DNA of 53,072 nucleotides, from NCBI GenBank assembly GCA_964598185.1, contig CAZRAT010000002.1:3769-56840 (forward strand), read 5' to 3'. Position numbers and translations under genes: made by a program. Within the stretch, counting starts at the first letter, position 1. Every line of letters starts with the position of its first letter. The notes below the pieces were generated by a model. It saw nothing but the letters and a program-made list of their open reading frames with translations, did not search any database and was not told where the DNA came from. This document shows, piece by piece, positions 1-8,267 of the stretch. The stretch comes from Candidatus Woesearchaeota archaeon (GTDB lineage Archaea; Nanobdellota; Nanobdellia; Pacearchaeales; GW2011-AR1).

Positions 1-2
1 CT

Positions 3-332
3 ATTGTGAACAAGCAAGAAACAAGAAAGTTAAAAGAGATGGTTGAAATAATTGACGTAACTTCTGATGGAATTGCGAGGACAAATACTCCTTTTGTTTG
101 GAATCCTTCTGATGACAGGTTTTATTTTAAAAAAGAGAGCAAAATATTCCAAAAAATTTCAAAAAGAACTGGCTTAAAAATTGAAGAAATTGATTTAGAA
201 TTCAGGAGAAGAATTCAACTAATCCATAAATTACATCAAAATAAAATTTTTAGTTTTAACAAAGTTCAAGGGATAATTAATGAATATTCTAAAAAACCAA
301 AAGAAGTCTTGCAAAAATTTGGAATTGAATAA
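3..332 (+). CDS. C-terminal fragment of an archaeal type IV pilus/archaellum assembly ATPase (FlaI/PilB-like), truncated by the window edge
   Basis: Open from the window start. The tail ...FVWNPSDDRFYFKKESKIFQKISKRTGLKIEEIDLEFRRRIQLIHKL...INEYSKKPKEVLQKF matches the recalled FlaI C-terminal pattern (FKWDP..D.F.Y.G.S..LEKIA.R.G.S.EE...EL.RR..IL..L). It lies directly upstream of T2SSF membrane genes. Confidence 0.6.
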   Translation: MVNKQETRKLKEMVEIIDVTSDGIARTNTPFVWNPSDDRFYFKKESKIFQKISKRTGLKIEEIDLEFRRRIQLIHKLHQNKIFSFNKVQGIINEYSKKPKEVLQKFGIE

Positions 333-387
333 TTTAGTAAATTCTCTTAATCAAAATATTTAATAATGTAACTTACTTGTTTTGGAG

Positions 388-558
388 ATGATAAAAAAAG
401 AGGAGATTGTATTTCTTAACCAATTAATTAATACTCTTGAAGAAGCTGATTTAAAACTTGAAGAGAGTTATAATGAAAAAAATTATGAGAACTTTAATAA
501 TATGAAGAAATTAATTATGCAAATTCAAAATAAAATTTCAGGTGTGTTGAATGAATGA
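388..558 (+). CDS. small coiled-coil protein (56 aa), hypothetical
   Basis: ATG at 388 preceded by GGAG. The stop overlaps the ATG of the next gene (ATGAATGA). It is below the ORF-track cutoff and was translated by hand: MIKKEEIVFLNQLINTLEEADLKLEESYNEKNYENFNNMKKLIMQIQNKISGVLNE. Confidence 0.3.
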   Translation: MIKKEEIVFLNQLINTLEEADLKLEESYNEKNYENFNNMKKLIMQIQNKISGVLNE

Positions 559-1831
559 AGAATTAAAAAAAATAATTTTAGAAAAGAAGAATATTCTCAA
601 AGAAATAAGTTCTTTTTCTGGAATATTAGAAAGAACCAAAGACCGTGAAGAAAGAAAAATGATTTCTTCGCAAATTTCTTTATTAGAGGATTTATTGAAG
701 AAAAAAAATAATGATCTCCCTAAAATATTAAAGGAAATGTCCTTGTTAAAACCATTAACTGCTAAAAAAGAAAATGAAAATATTGAATCGGATTTAAAAA
801 AAAGAAAACCTATTAAAGTTTCAAAAAAAGCCAAACTCCCTAGGGATTTTTTAGAACTTGAAAAAGAAACATTAAAACGGATTGGGCAAAAGGAAGAGAA
901 AATTGTAGAAAAGAAAGTGAAAAAACCAAGCAAATATGTCAAGATGGCTAATAAAATTTTTCAGAAGAAATCAAAAACTCTTTCTAAGAAAAAAATATTT
1001 GACTTATTGAAAGTATCTCTTATAAAATCAAATATGCAATTTATTCCTTCAAATTATCTTTCAATAATTTTATTCACTACCTTGCTATCTGTTATTTTTA
1101 GTATATTTATTTTTGTATTTTTTTTATTTTTTAATTTTGGACCTGCACTGCCAATCATAACAAATGTTACTGAAGATATTGGGACAAGATTCTTAAAAAC
1201 ATTCTGGATTTTGATTGTTATTCCTATTGGAACTCTCATCTTCATGTACTTTTATCCTTCACTAGAAAAAAGCTCTATCCAGAATAAAATCAATCGTGAA
1301 CTTCCTTTTGCAACAATTCATATGTCTGCGATTTCAGGCTCGATGGTTGAACCAAGTAAAATTTTTAGCATAATAAATTCAACAGGAGAATATCCTAACA
1401 TTTCAAAAGAATTTACAAAGTTGATAAATGAAACCCATGTTTATGGATATAATTTAGTTAGTGCGATGAGAAATCTTGCGTTTAATAGCCCAAGTTCAAA
1501 ACTCGCAGAATTATTTAATGGTTTAGCTTCCACAATAAGTTCAGGAGGAGACATTCAAGATTTTTTTGAAAAAAGGGCCCAAAGTTTACTCTTTGAATAT
1601 AAAATTGAAAATGAAAAACACACGAAAACTGCAGAAACATTTATGGACATTTACATAAGCCTTGTTATTGCCGCCCCAATGATTTTTATGCTTGTGTTGA
1701 TGATGATGAGAATAAGTGGATTAGGAATCTCTCTGAGCACGTCGATGATTAGTGTTATAATGGTCTCTGGAGTGGCATTAATAAATGTAGTCTTCCTGAC
1801 ATTTTTACATTTAAAACAACCAAACGAATAA
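551..1831 (+). CDS. T2SSF-domain membrane protein (FlaJ/TadB/PilC-like, first half) with a K/E-rich N-terminal extension
   Basis: One T2SSF-like domain (ELPFATIHMSAISGSMVEPSKIF...ELFNGLASTISSGGDIQDFFEKRAQSLL) flanked by TM segments. Confidence 0.7.
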   Translation: MNEELKKIILEKKNILKEISSFSGILERTKDREERKMISSQISLLEDLLKKKNNDLPKILKEMSLLKPLTAKKENENIESDLKKRKPIKVSKKAKLPRDFLELEKETLKRIGQKEEKIVEKKVKKPSKYVKMANKIFQKKSKTLSKKKIFDLLKVSLIKSNMQFIPSNYLSIILFTTLLSVIFSIFIFVFFLFFNFGPALPIITNVTEDIGTRFLKTFWILIVIPIGTLIFMYFYPSLEKSSIQNKINRELPFATIHMSAISGSMVEPSKIFSIINSTGEYPNISKEFTKLINETHVYGYNLVSAMRNLAFNSPSSKLAELFNGLASTISSGGDIQDFFEKRAQSLLFEYKIENEKHTKTAETFMDIYISLVIAAPMIFMLVLMMMRISGLGISLSTSMISVIMVSGVALINVVFLTFLHLKQPNE

Positions 1832-1875
1832 AATGAATAACCCCCCCTAAAGGGTGAGGTATCAATAACTAAAAA

Positions 1876-2463
1876 ATGTTAAAACTAACAAAACCAGGGT
1901 TGAGAAGAAGTAATGTAGTGCTGGACAGCTTCGGTGGTTGTGTTGCCGACGCTCCTAAAGAATTTTCCAGGGCTCCAAAAGTGTCCTTTTCTAAAGTGGT
2001 TTCTCAACCAAGGATGTTTTTTGAAAAGCTTAAAGGCGAAGTAGCCTTTAAACAATTGGAGAGTTTTGCTAACGCTCATGGTTGGGGGTATCTCAACAAA
2101 CAGATGGACATGGTCAACAGCGACGTGAAGTTCATAAATCTTGAATCCTCATCGGTAAGCGACTTGCCTCAAGAAAAATTCACAATCCATTCTGAGCCCG
2201 TAAAACTTGAAAGGGTCTTTGACGTATTTAATTTTCCACACAAAGTGGAATGCGTTTTGTCCGAAGCTATGCTTCCTGGATTTCAAATCCATTTTTTATC
2301 TCCTAAGTCAGCGACGAGAAAGAGAGCTCATGCTAACTTGAACGTTTATTTCGAAGAGCCGAGTATCTCGGCTTTTCCTAATAGTCAAACAAAAGAATTA
2401 AATTTATCGGGAACGGCGATTCCTCCCTGCTTTAAAGCAGTGGTATCCTCGCCGGAGATGTAA
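1876..2463 (+). CDS. hypothetical protein with strongly atypical (GC-rich) composition
   Basis: 195-codon ORF in a ~50% GC island (1841..2460) inside a ~25% GC neighbourhood. It shows a G-rich first codon position. Its stop overlaps the next ATG (TAATG). No family recognised. Confidence 0.5.
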   Translation: MLKLTKPGLRRSNVVLDSFGGCVADAPKEFSRAPKVSFSKVVSQPRMFFEKLKGEVAFKQLESFANAHGWGYLNKQMDMVNSDVKFINLESSSVSDLPQEKFTIHSEPVKLERVFDVFNFPHKVECVLSEAMLPGFQIHFLSPKSATRKRAHANLNVYFEEPSISAFPNSQTKELNLSGTAIPPCFKAVVSSPEM

Positions 2464-3275
2464 TGAAAAAAATATATTGGATCGGATTTACATTGTCGTT
2501 AATAGTCGTGATTTTTTCATTATTTTTTATTGGTACAAAATTTTTCTTTTTTATTTTTGGGGTTGGAATTTTATTAGGTGCTACTCCTTTTGTAATTTTA
2601 ACTATTTATGAAACAAGGGTTGCAAATGAAAAAAGAGAGATGTTCTTAGAGTTTGCTAGAAATCTGGTTGAAAGTGTCCAAACAGGAATACCAATAAGTA
2701 AAAGTATAATTAATGTTAAAGGCAAATCTTATGGTGTATTGAGCGGAAATGTTGAAAAATTAGCCAATCAGATTTCCTTGGGAATTCCATTGAATATTGC
2801 TTTAGAAATATTTTCAAAGGACGTTAATAATCAAAACATTTCAAGGGCATTAAAATTAATCGGACAGGCAGAAAAAGCAGGAGGGGACATTGGCGAGATA
2901 CTTGAAGCTGTTGCTGAAGCAGTTAATATGACAAATAAATTAAAAATAGAGAGAAAGGCAACAATATCAACATTAGTTGTTCAAGGTTATATTATTTTCT
3001 TTGTATTTATAGTGATTATTTTAATCATGCAATTCAAAATACTTCCGATGCTTTCTAATATAACTCTTGTTGAATCAATTGGGTCAGGTGAGACTATCGA
3101 TCAGGAGACAATAGCTAATTCATTTTTGTATCTGCTTTTGATTCAGGGGTTTTTTAATGGTTTAACAATTGGGAAACTTTCCGAGGGGAATGCTAAATCA
3201 GGGATAAAACATTCATTTGCTCTAATGATACTTTCTTTCTTTGTTTCTATAGGGTCAGGAATATTTTTTGGATAG
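2463..3275 (+). CDS. T2SSF-domain membrane protein (FlaJ/TadC/PilC-like, second half)
   Basis: T2SSF-like domain (GIPISKSIINV...LGIPLNIALEIFSKD...QAEKAGGDIGEILEAVAEAV) with N- and C-terminal TM helices. Confidence 0.7.
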   Translation: MKKIYWIGFTLSLIVVIFSLFFIGTKFFFFIFGVGILLGATPFVILTIYETRVANEKREMFLEFARNLVESVQTGIPISKSIINVKGKSYGVLSGNVEKLANQISLGIPLNIALEIFSKDVNNQNISRALKLIGQAEKAGGDIGEILEAVAEAVNMTNKLKIERKATISTLVVQGYIIFFVFIVIILIMQFKILPMLSNITLVESIGSGETIDQETIANSFLYLLLIQGFFNGLTIGKLSEGNAKSGIKHSFALMILSFFVSIGSGIFFG

Positions 3276-3305
3276 ATTAATAAAGATTAATTATTTCTTT
3301 AGAAA

Positions 3306-4055
3306 ATGAAGAGGATTTTTTTTCCAGAAAATAAAATAGGCTCACATGTTGGAGTTATTCTCTCTTTTGTAATCTTTGTAGTTTTTTTGACTTTTCTATA
3401 TTCAACTATGGAGCCTCTAATAACAGTTAATGAAGACAAAGAATTCATGATGGACTATTTAGAAGCAGCATTAATTGAAAAACTTAATACAAATATGACA
3501 ACACTTACAATAACTATTGCTAATTCGGTTAGCAAAGATTGTGTGGTTTTAGAGAACTTGATAAAAGACGACATAAATTTAAATTCCAAGATTATTGTAA
3601 AGGATTATTATAAAAATATTCTTTCTTCTTTTATTTCCGAAGAGAGCATTAGCAATTTAATAGTAAATAGAGATAGTTCGGATATTACTTTTTTGAAAAT
3701 ATATGGTTCAGAAGAATTGAAAAGTTTAACTCAGAATTCAGAAGGTTCATGTGCTTCATTAACACAAAATTATGAATATGAAATTAAATTATTAAAATCA
3801 AGTAAATATATTTCTAAAACAAAAGTTGAAGAATTAAATGAAGGTTATTCTGAAGCATATGAAACACTTAAAGATGAATTAAACCTTCCTGTGGGGAGTG
3901 ATTTTGGGTTTGGATTCATTTATGATGATGAAACTGTTATAGAAACAGAAAGTAAAAATGTATCCAGAAGTGTTTATGCTAAGGAAGTTCCAGTTAGATA
4001 TCTTGACCACGAGGCGAACATTTTATCAGGATATATAAAAATTAAACTATGGTAA
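3306..4055 (+). CDS. putative archaeal pilin-like/pilus-associated protein (class III signal-like N-terminus)
   Basis: Short charged N-terminus followed by a hydrophobic helix (NKIGSHVGVILSFVIFVVFLTFLY). Located in the pilus locus. Confidence 0.4.
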   Translation: MKRIFFPENKIGSHVGVILSFVIFVVFLTFLYSTMEPLITVNEDKEFMMDYLEAALIEKLNTNMTTLTITIANSVSKDCVVLENLIKDDINLNSKIIVKDYYKNILSSFISEESISNLIVNRDSSDITFLKIYGSEELKSLTQNSEGSCASLTQNYEYEIKLLKSSKYISKTKVEELNEGYSEAYETLKDELNLPVGSDFGFGFIYDDETVIETESKNVSRSVYAKEVPVRYLDHEANILSGYIKIKLW

Positions 4056-4134
4056 TAAATATAAGTTATCAAAAATTCTTATTATAAAATTTCTTAAAGA
4101 AAATATTATAAACTTAAAACATTAAATAAAGATT

Positions 4135-4617
4135 ATGAATAAAAGAGTAAAATTAAAAATCTTTCACTACACCTTTCTTCCAGAAAGTCGTAAAGCATGG
4201 ATAAAAATTTTTGAGGCGGTTATTGCAATATTACTAATAACAAGTGTTTTGCTTATAGTTATTGACCAAAGTATTGTTCAACAAAATGAAGATTCATTGG
4301 AAATTTATAAGGAAGAAATTTCAATTTTAAGAGAAGTTCAGTTGGATAACTCGCTTAGAGCAGACATTCTTGGTGTTGAATCCTTTCCAGTAAAGTGGGG
4401 GGATTTTAATTCAGCTGGTTTAACCTATGTTAAAGAAGAAATAATTTCAAATATTCCTGATTATCTTGATTGCAATGCAATGGTATGTGAAATGACTGAT
4501 AATTGTATTTTAGATGAAGACTCAGGAAAATCAATCTATGCTCAATCAATTGTAATCTCTTCTAATCTTACAAAATATAGTTTGAGGCAATTAAAATTGT
4601 TTTGTTGGAAGATTTAA
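4135..4617 (+). CDS. putative pilin-like protein
   Basis: N-terminal RKAWIKIFEAVIAILLITSVLLIVI hydrophobic helix. A TATA-like ATATTATAAA lies ~25 nt upstream. Confidence 0.35.
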   Translation: MNKRVKLKIFHYTFLPESRKAWIKIFEAVIAILLITSVLLIVIDQSIVQQNEDSLEIYKEEISILREVQLDNSLRADILGVESFPVKWGDFNSAGLTYVKEEIISNIPDYLDCNAMVCEMTDNCILDEDSGKSIYAQSIVISSNLTKYSLRQLKLFCWKI

Positions 4618-5021
4618 TGAAATTCAAATTTTTAGAACACACATCAGATATAAAGTTTCAGGCATTTGGGAAAAGTTTGGAAGAAGTTTTTGCGAATTCT
4701 GCGTTGGCAATGTTCAATTCAATGTTTGAGGGGAAAGTTAAGAGAACTGAAAAATTTAATGTTGAAGCTGAAGGAAAAGATAATGAAAGTTTACTTTATA
4801 ATTTTTTAGAGGAGTTGATAATTTTATTTGACGAGAAGCAATTTTTTTTAGCTGGAGTTGAAAAGGTTGAGATTAAAGATGGGAAATTGCAAGCAGAGGT
4901 GGTCGGAGACAAGGCAGAAAATTACAAAATTAGTCTTGATGTAAAAGCAATAACTTATAGTGAAATGTTTGTGAAGAAAATAAAAGATAAATTTGTTGCA
5001 CAAGTTGTGCTTGATGTTTGA
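4617..5021 (+). CDS. archease (RtcB activator)
   Basis: MKFKFLEHTSDIKFQAFGKSLEEVF...AITYSEM fits the recalled archease pattern. The ATG at 4617 overlaps the previous stop (TAATG). RtcB lies nearby. Confidence 0.85.
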   Translation: MKFKFLEHTSDIKFQAFGKSLEEVFANSALAMFNSMFEGKVKRTEKFNVEAEGKDNESLLYNFLEELIILFDEKQFFLAGVEKVEIKDGKLQAEVVGDKAENYKISLDVKAITYSEMFVKKIKDKFVAQVVLDV

Positions 5022-5116
5022 TTTTGGGATTTAGATAAGTTGCTGGGAGTGAAGCACCATTAGTTTAAAGTATCAAAGGCAAAAACTTTATAATATCTGA
5101 AATTTTATTAGTTATT

Positions 5117-5530
5117 ATGAAAGAGAAAGATAAAATTTTTATCAAAAAAATTAGTAACAATGAGAAATATAATGAATTGGATATTGAAAAATCTGAAATT
5201 TTTCTAAGAAATTTGCAAGAATTCATAGTTAATATTGGATTGGCTAAAGTTAGCAAAGGAGAATACGAATTTGATGGAAAATCATATGATATGGAAACAT
5301 ATTATACTTTATTTTATGAAGATCCAAAAGATGATTTTCAAACGAAAAAATTAACAATTGATAACTTTGGCGAAGGTGAAATTGTTAGATATTTTAATAA
5401 AGAACTTGAATTACTCATAATTTTTCTGAATAATAGAATAAAGCTAATTTTTTATTGTGATCTGAAAATTCGTGAAAAAATTATGAAGGCCTTATTGAAG
5501 TTCTGTAAGATTATGAATGTTGGTTCATAA
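5117..5530 (+). CDS. hypothetical protein
   Basis: 137-aa ORF with a TATA-like CTTTATAATA ~25 nt upstream. No motif recognised. Confidence 0.4.
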   Translation: MKEKDKIFIKKISNNEKYNELDIEKSEIFLRNLQEFIVNIGLAKVSKGEYEFDGKSYDMETYYTLFYEDPKDDFQTKKLTIDNFGEGEIVRYFNKELELLIIFLNNRIKLIFYCDLKIREKIMKALLKFCKIMNVGS

Positions 5531-5564
5531 AAAATAATAAAAACCCTTTCTTCTTCTTTATTAT

Positions 5565-6989
5565 ATGAAACCAAAAAAAATACAAAAGAATGTTTATGAA
5601 ATTCCAAAACAAGGGAAGATGTTGGTTCCTGGAAGAATTTTCATTTCTGAAAAAATGGTTATGGAAGAAGAAGCCCTGAAACAAATTTCAAATGTGGCGC
5701 AACTACCAGGTATTTTAAAATATTCTATTGGAGTTGCAGATATGCATGTTGGTTATGGTTTTCCAATTGGTGGAATTGCTGCTTTTGACATGGACAAAGG
5801 AATTATTTCTCCTGGAGGAGTTGGTTATGATATTAATTGTTCTGTAAGATTATTAAAAACAAATCTAAAGAAAAAAGATGTTCTTTTAAAACAAAAAGAA
5901 ATTGTGGAAAGTCTTTTTAGAAAGATTCCTTCTGGAGTTGGCAGGGGAAGCAGATTTCAAATTACTAGAAAAGAACTTGCAAAACTTTTAGAGCAGGGGG
6001 CAAAATATATGGTGGATAAAGGTTATGGGGAAAAACAGGATTATCTGCATACTGAAGAAGAGGGGTGTATGAAAGAGGCAGATGCTTCAAAAGTTTCAGA
6101 GCGTGCAATTAAAAGAGGTATTGGGCAACTTGGAACTTTGGGTGCAGGAAATCATTTTTTAGAAGTGCAATATGTTGATGAAATTTTTGATGAGAAAATT
6201 GCTAAAGTATTTGGGTTGGAAAAAAACCAAATTACGATAATGGTGCATTGTGGTTCTCGGGGTTTGGGGCATCAAGTTGCTTCTGATTATATTAAAAAAA
6301 TGGAAGACGAATATGGAATAAAGAATTTACCAGATAGAGAATTAATTAATGCTCCGATAAAAAGCAAGTTAGGGAAGGACTATTTTTCTGCTATGGCTGC
6401 TGCTGCGAATTTCGCTTTTGCAAACAAGCAATTAATTACACATTGGATAAGAGAAGAAATGAAATATCTTTTTCCAAAAATAAAAATTGATGTTGTTTAT
6501 GATGTTTGTCACAATATTGCAAAATTTGAAGAGCATGTTGTTAATACCATAAATGGCACGAGTGGGAAGAAAAAAATAGTTTGCGTTCATAGAAAAGGTG
6601 CGACGCGTAGTTTTGGTGCTGGACGAAAAGAAGTTCCTGAAAGGTATAGAAAAGTTGGGCAGCCAGTAATTGTTCCAGGGAGCATGGGAACGTCGAGTTA
6701 TGTCCTGGTTGGGACAAAAAAAGCAGAAGAATTAACTTGGGGTTCAACGGTTCATGGGGCTGGGAGAGTTTCGAGCAGAAAGGCTGCTCTAAAAAAATTA
6801 AGAGGTGAAGATGTAAAAAAGAAATTGAACAAAATGGGAATTGAAGTTAAATCAGGAAGTTATAAATCATTAGCACAAGAAGCACCAGAAGTTTACAAAG
6901 ATGTTGATGAAGTTGTAAAAGTTGTTGATGAATTAGGAATCAGTAAGAAAGTAGCGAGGCTGAAACCATTGTGTGTTGTTAAAGGGTGA
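5565..6989 (+). CDS. rtcB: RNA 3-prime-phosphate/tRNA-splicing ligase RtcB
   Basis: GYDINCSVR, GAGNHFLEVQ, HCGSRGLGHQ, HRKGATR and PGSMGTSSY motifs. 474 aa, no intein. Confidence 0.95.
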   Translation: MKPKKIQKNVYEIPKQGKMLVPGRIFISEKMVMEEEALKQISNVAQLPGILKYSIGVADMHVGYGFPIGGIAAFDMDKGIISPGGVGYDINCSVRLLKTNLKKKDVLLKQKEIVESLFRKIPSGVGRGSRFQITRKELAKLLEQGAKYMVDKGYGEKQDYLHTEEEGCMKEADASKVSERAIKRGIGQLGTLGAGNHFLEVQYVDEIFDEKIAKVFGLEKNQITIMVHCGSRGLGHQVASDYIKKMEDEYGIKNLPDRELINAPIKSKLGKDYFSAMAAAANFAFANKQLITHWIREEMKYLFPKIKIDVVYDVCHNIAKFEEHVVNTINGTSGKKKIVCVHRKGATRSFGAGRKEVPERYRKVGQPVIVPGSMGTSSYVLVGTKKAEELTWGSTVHGAGRVSSRKAALKKLRGEDVKKKLNKMGIEVKSGSYKSLAQEAPEVYKDVDEVVKVVDELGISKKVARLKPLCVVKG

Positions 6990-7122
6990 TATTAAATAAA
7001 ATTATCTACTTAAAGAAAGAGGGCGAGTTTTCTACGAAAACAAATAGTCGGCTTTGCCGAAGATTTATTTATTGGACACTTTTCGATAAATTATTAAATC
7101 CCTATTCTTTTACTTTTTTAAG

Positions 7123-7869
7123 ATGGGATTTTTTCAAAAAGTAAAAAACTTTTTTGCAGATGAAGAAGGAGAAGATTACTTTGGTAATCAATGGATTACT
7201 TTAGATATTTCTTTATGGTGTCCTTATTCAGAAATGGTTAGAATAAAAGAAGCGTTAAAACCTTATGCAGAGGAGTTAAATTGGAAAATTCATTCATGGG
7301 ATGACACTAAGGATTTTGATGAAGAATTTGAGGATTTCGGTAGCGAATTGTTTAAGGATTTCAAGAAAGAAAATTTCAAAGATAAAAAAAATACTAGCGT
7401 AAGTGTAAATATGTATCCTGATGGAAGACTAACTCCTGATGAATTTTCAAAACTTAGAGAGAAAATTGTGAGTTTGGTTTATGCAATGCATAGAGATTTA
7501 ATTTATGGAGGAGATGATAAAAAAGCTCAAAAAGAGTTCAGGGAAACAATTAACATGACTTATTCAAGAGCAGAAGGGCATACTCCCAAAAGAAGTGACT
7601 GGATTGTTAAACAATCTGTCGGTTTTTTAAATATAGGATATCCATTAAATAAGAGATTAAATTTTGAAAAGAAAGATAAAGAAAAGGCACTCAAAATTTT
7701 TGGTAGAACGATTGAAGAAGATGTTAAATCTATTTTTGCCGAAGAACCAAAGAAGAAAGCAAAAAAGAAGCCTTCTAAAAAATCAGAAGATGAAATGGAT
7801 AAAAGTTTTGAAGAGGCTCATAAAAACATGCGAAAAGAATTAAGAGATTTATTTGGATTTGACATTTAA
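7123..7869 (+). CDS. hypothetical acidic/lysine-rich protein
   Basis: 248-aa ORF, no motif recognised. Confidence 0.4.
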   Translation: MGFFQKVKNFFADEEGEDYFGNQWITLDISLWCPYSEMVRIKEALKPYAEELNWKIHSWDDTKDFDEEFEDFGSELFKDFKKENFKDKKNTSVSVNMYPDGRLTPDEFSKLREKIVSLVYAMHRDLIYGGDDKKAQKEFRETINMTYSRAEGHTPKRSDWIVKQSVGFLNIGYPLNKRLNFEKKDKEKALKIFGRTIEEDVKSIFAEEPKKKAKKKPSKKSEDEMDKSFEEAHKNMRKELRDLFGFDI

Positions 7870-7903
7870 TAAAATATATAAAATAAAAACCTTCTCTAAT
7901 GTT

Positions 7904-8179
7904 ATGTCAAATGCAAGATTAATATTATTTGTGCAAACATTAGTCTTTTTTGTTTTAGGGATTTATCTTTCTATTCAGGGAATTCCTTCTGATGAAAATT
8001 CTGCAACTCTTTATGCAGGAGAACAAATAATGGATTCTTTGGCAGACGTTTCGGATAGCCCAGAGGTAGACAAAATTACAAATGACATGAAAAGCAATTT
8101 TAGATTATTTGGGAATTTTCTAGTGATAGCAAGTATATTAGAATTAATTGGATTGTTTATTTCTTTATTTAAGCGATAG
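7904..8179 (+). CDS. small membrane protein
   Basis: ATG at 7904 sits ~25 nt after AAATATATAAAA. Two hydrophobic helices. The track start at 7853 is a TTG and is probably not used. Confidence 0.45.
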   Translation: MSNARLILFVQTLVFFVLGIYLSIQGIPSDENSATLYAGEQIMDSLADVSDSPEVDKITNDMKSNFRLFGNFLVIASILELIGLFISLFKR

Positions 8180-8267
8180 TTTATATATTTACAAAAGTGC
8201 CCAACTTCTTTTTTAGAAAAAAAGAAACAAAAAAACGCTCTCTTTCCAAAACTTCTTAACCTCTATT

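Noticed and set aside
538-942. 134-aa minus-strand ORF antisense to the first T2SSF gene. The same applies to 1054..1245(-) and 1885..2079(-).
   Set aside because: It is a low-complexity F/S/I-rich translation of the antisense of K/E-rich coding sequence. The sense ORF carries the recognisable domain.
2075-2095. HGW(G/A)YLN shared between the GC-rich ORF (1876..2463) and the ORF at 28211..28564.
   Set aside because: It is only a 7-residue match with no alignable flanks, which is insufficient for homology.
1832-2462. Possibility that the GC-rich island between the T2SSF genes is an intein, a group I/II intron or a BHB intron splitting one FlaJ gene.
   Set aside because: The upstream ORF ends in a stop codon and the frames are not continuous, so it is not an intein. 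I found no GUGYG 5-prime end or domain V-like hairpin. The island ends are direct-repeat-like, not complementary as a BHB requires. The island has clear codon periodicity. An intron cannot be strictly excluded without RNA data.
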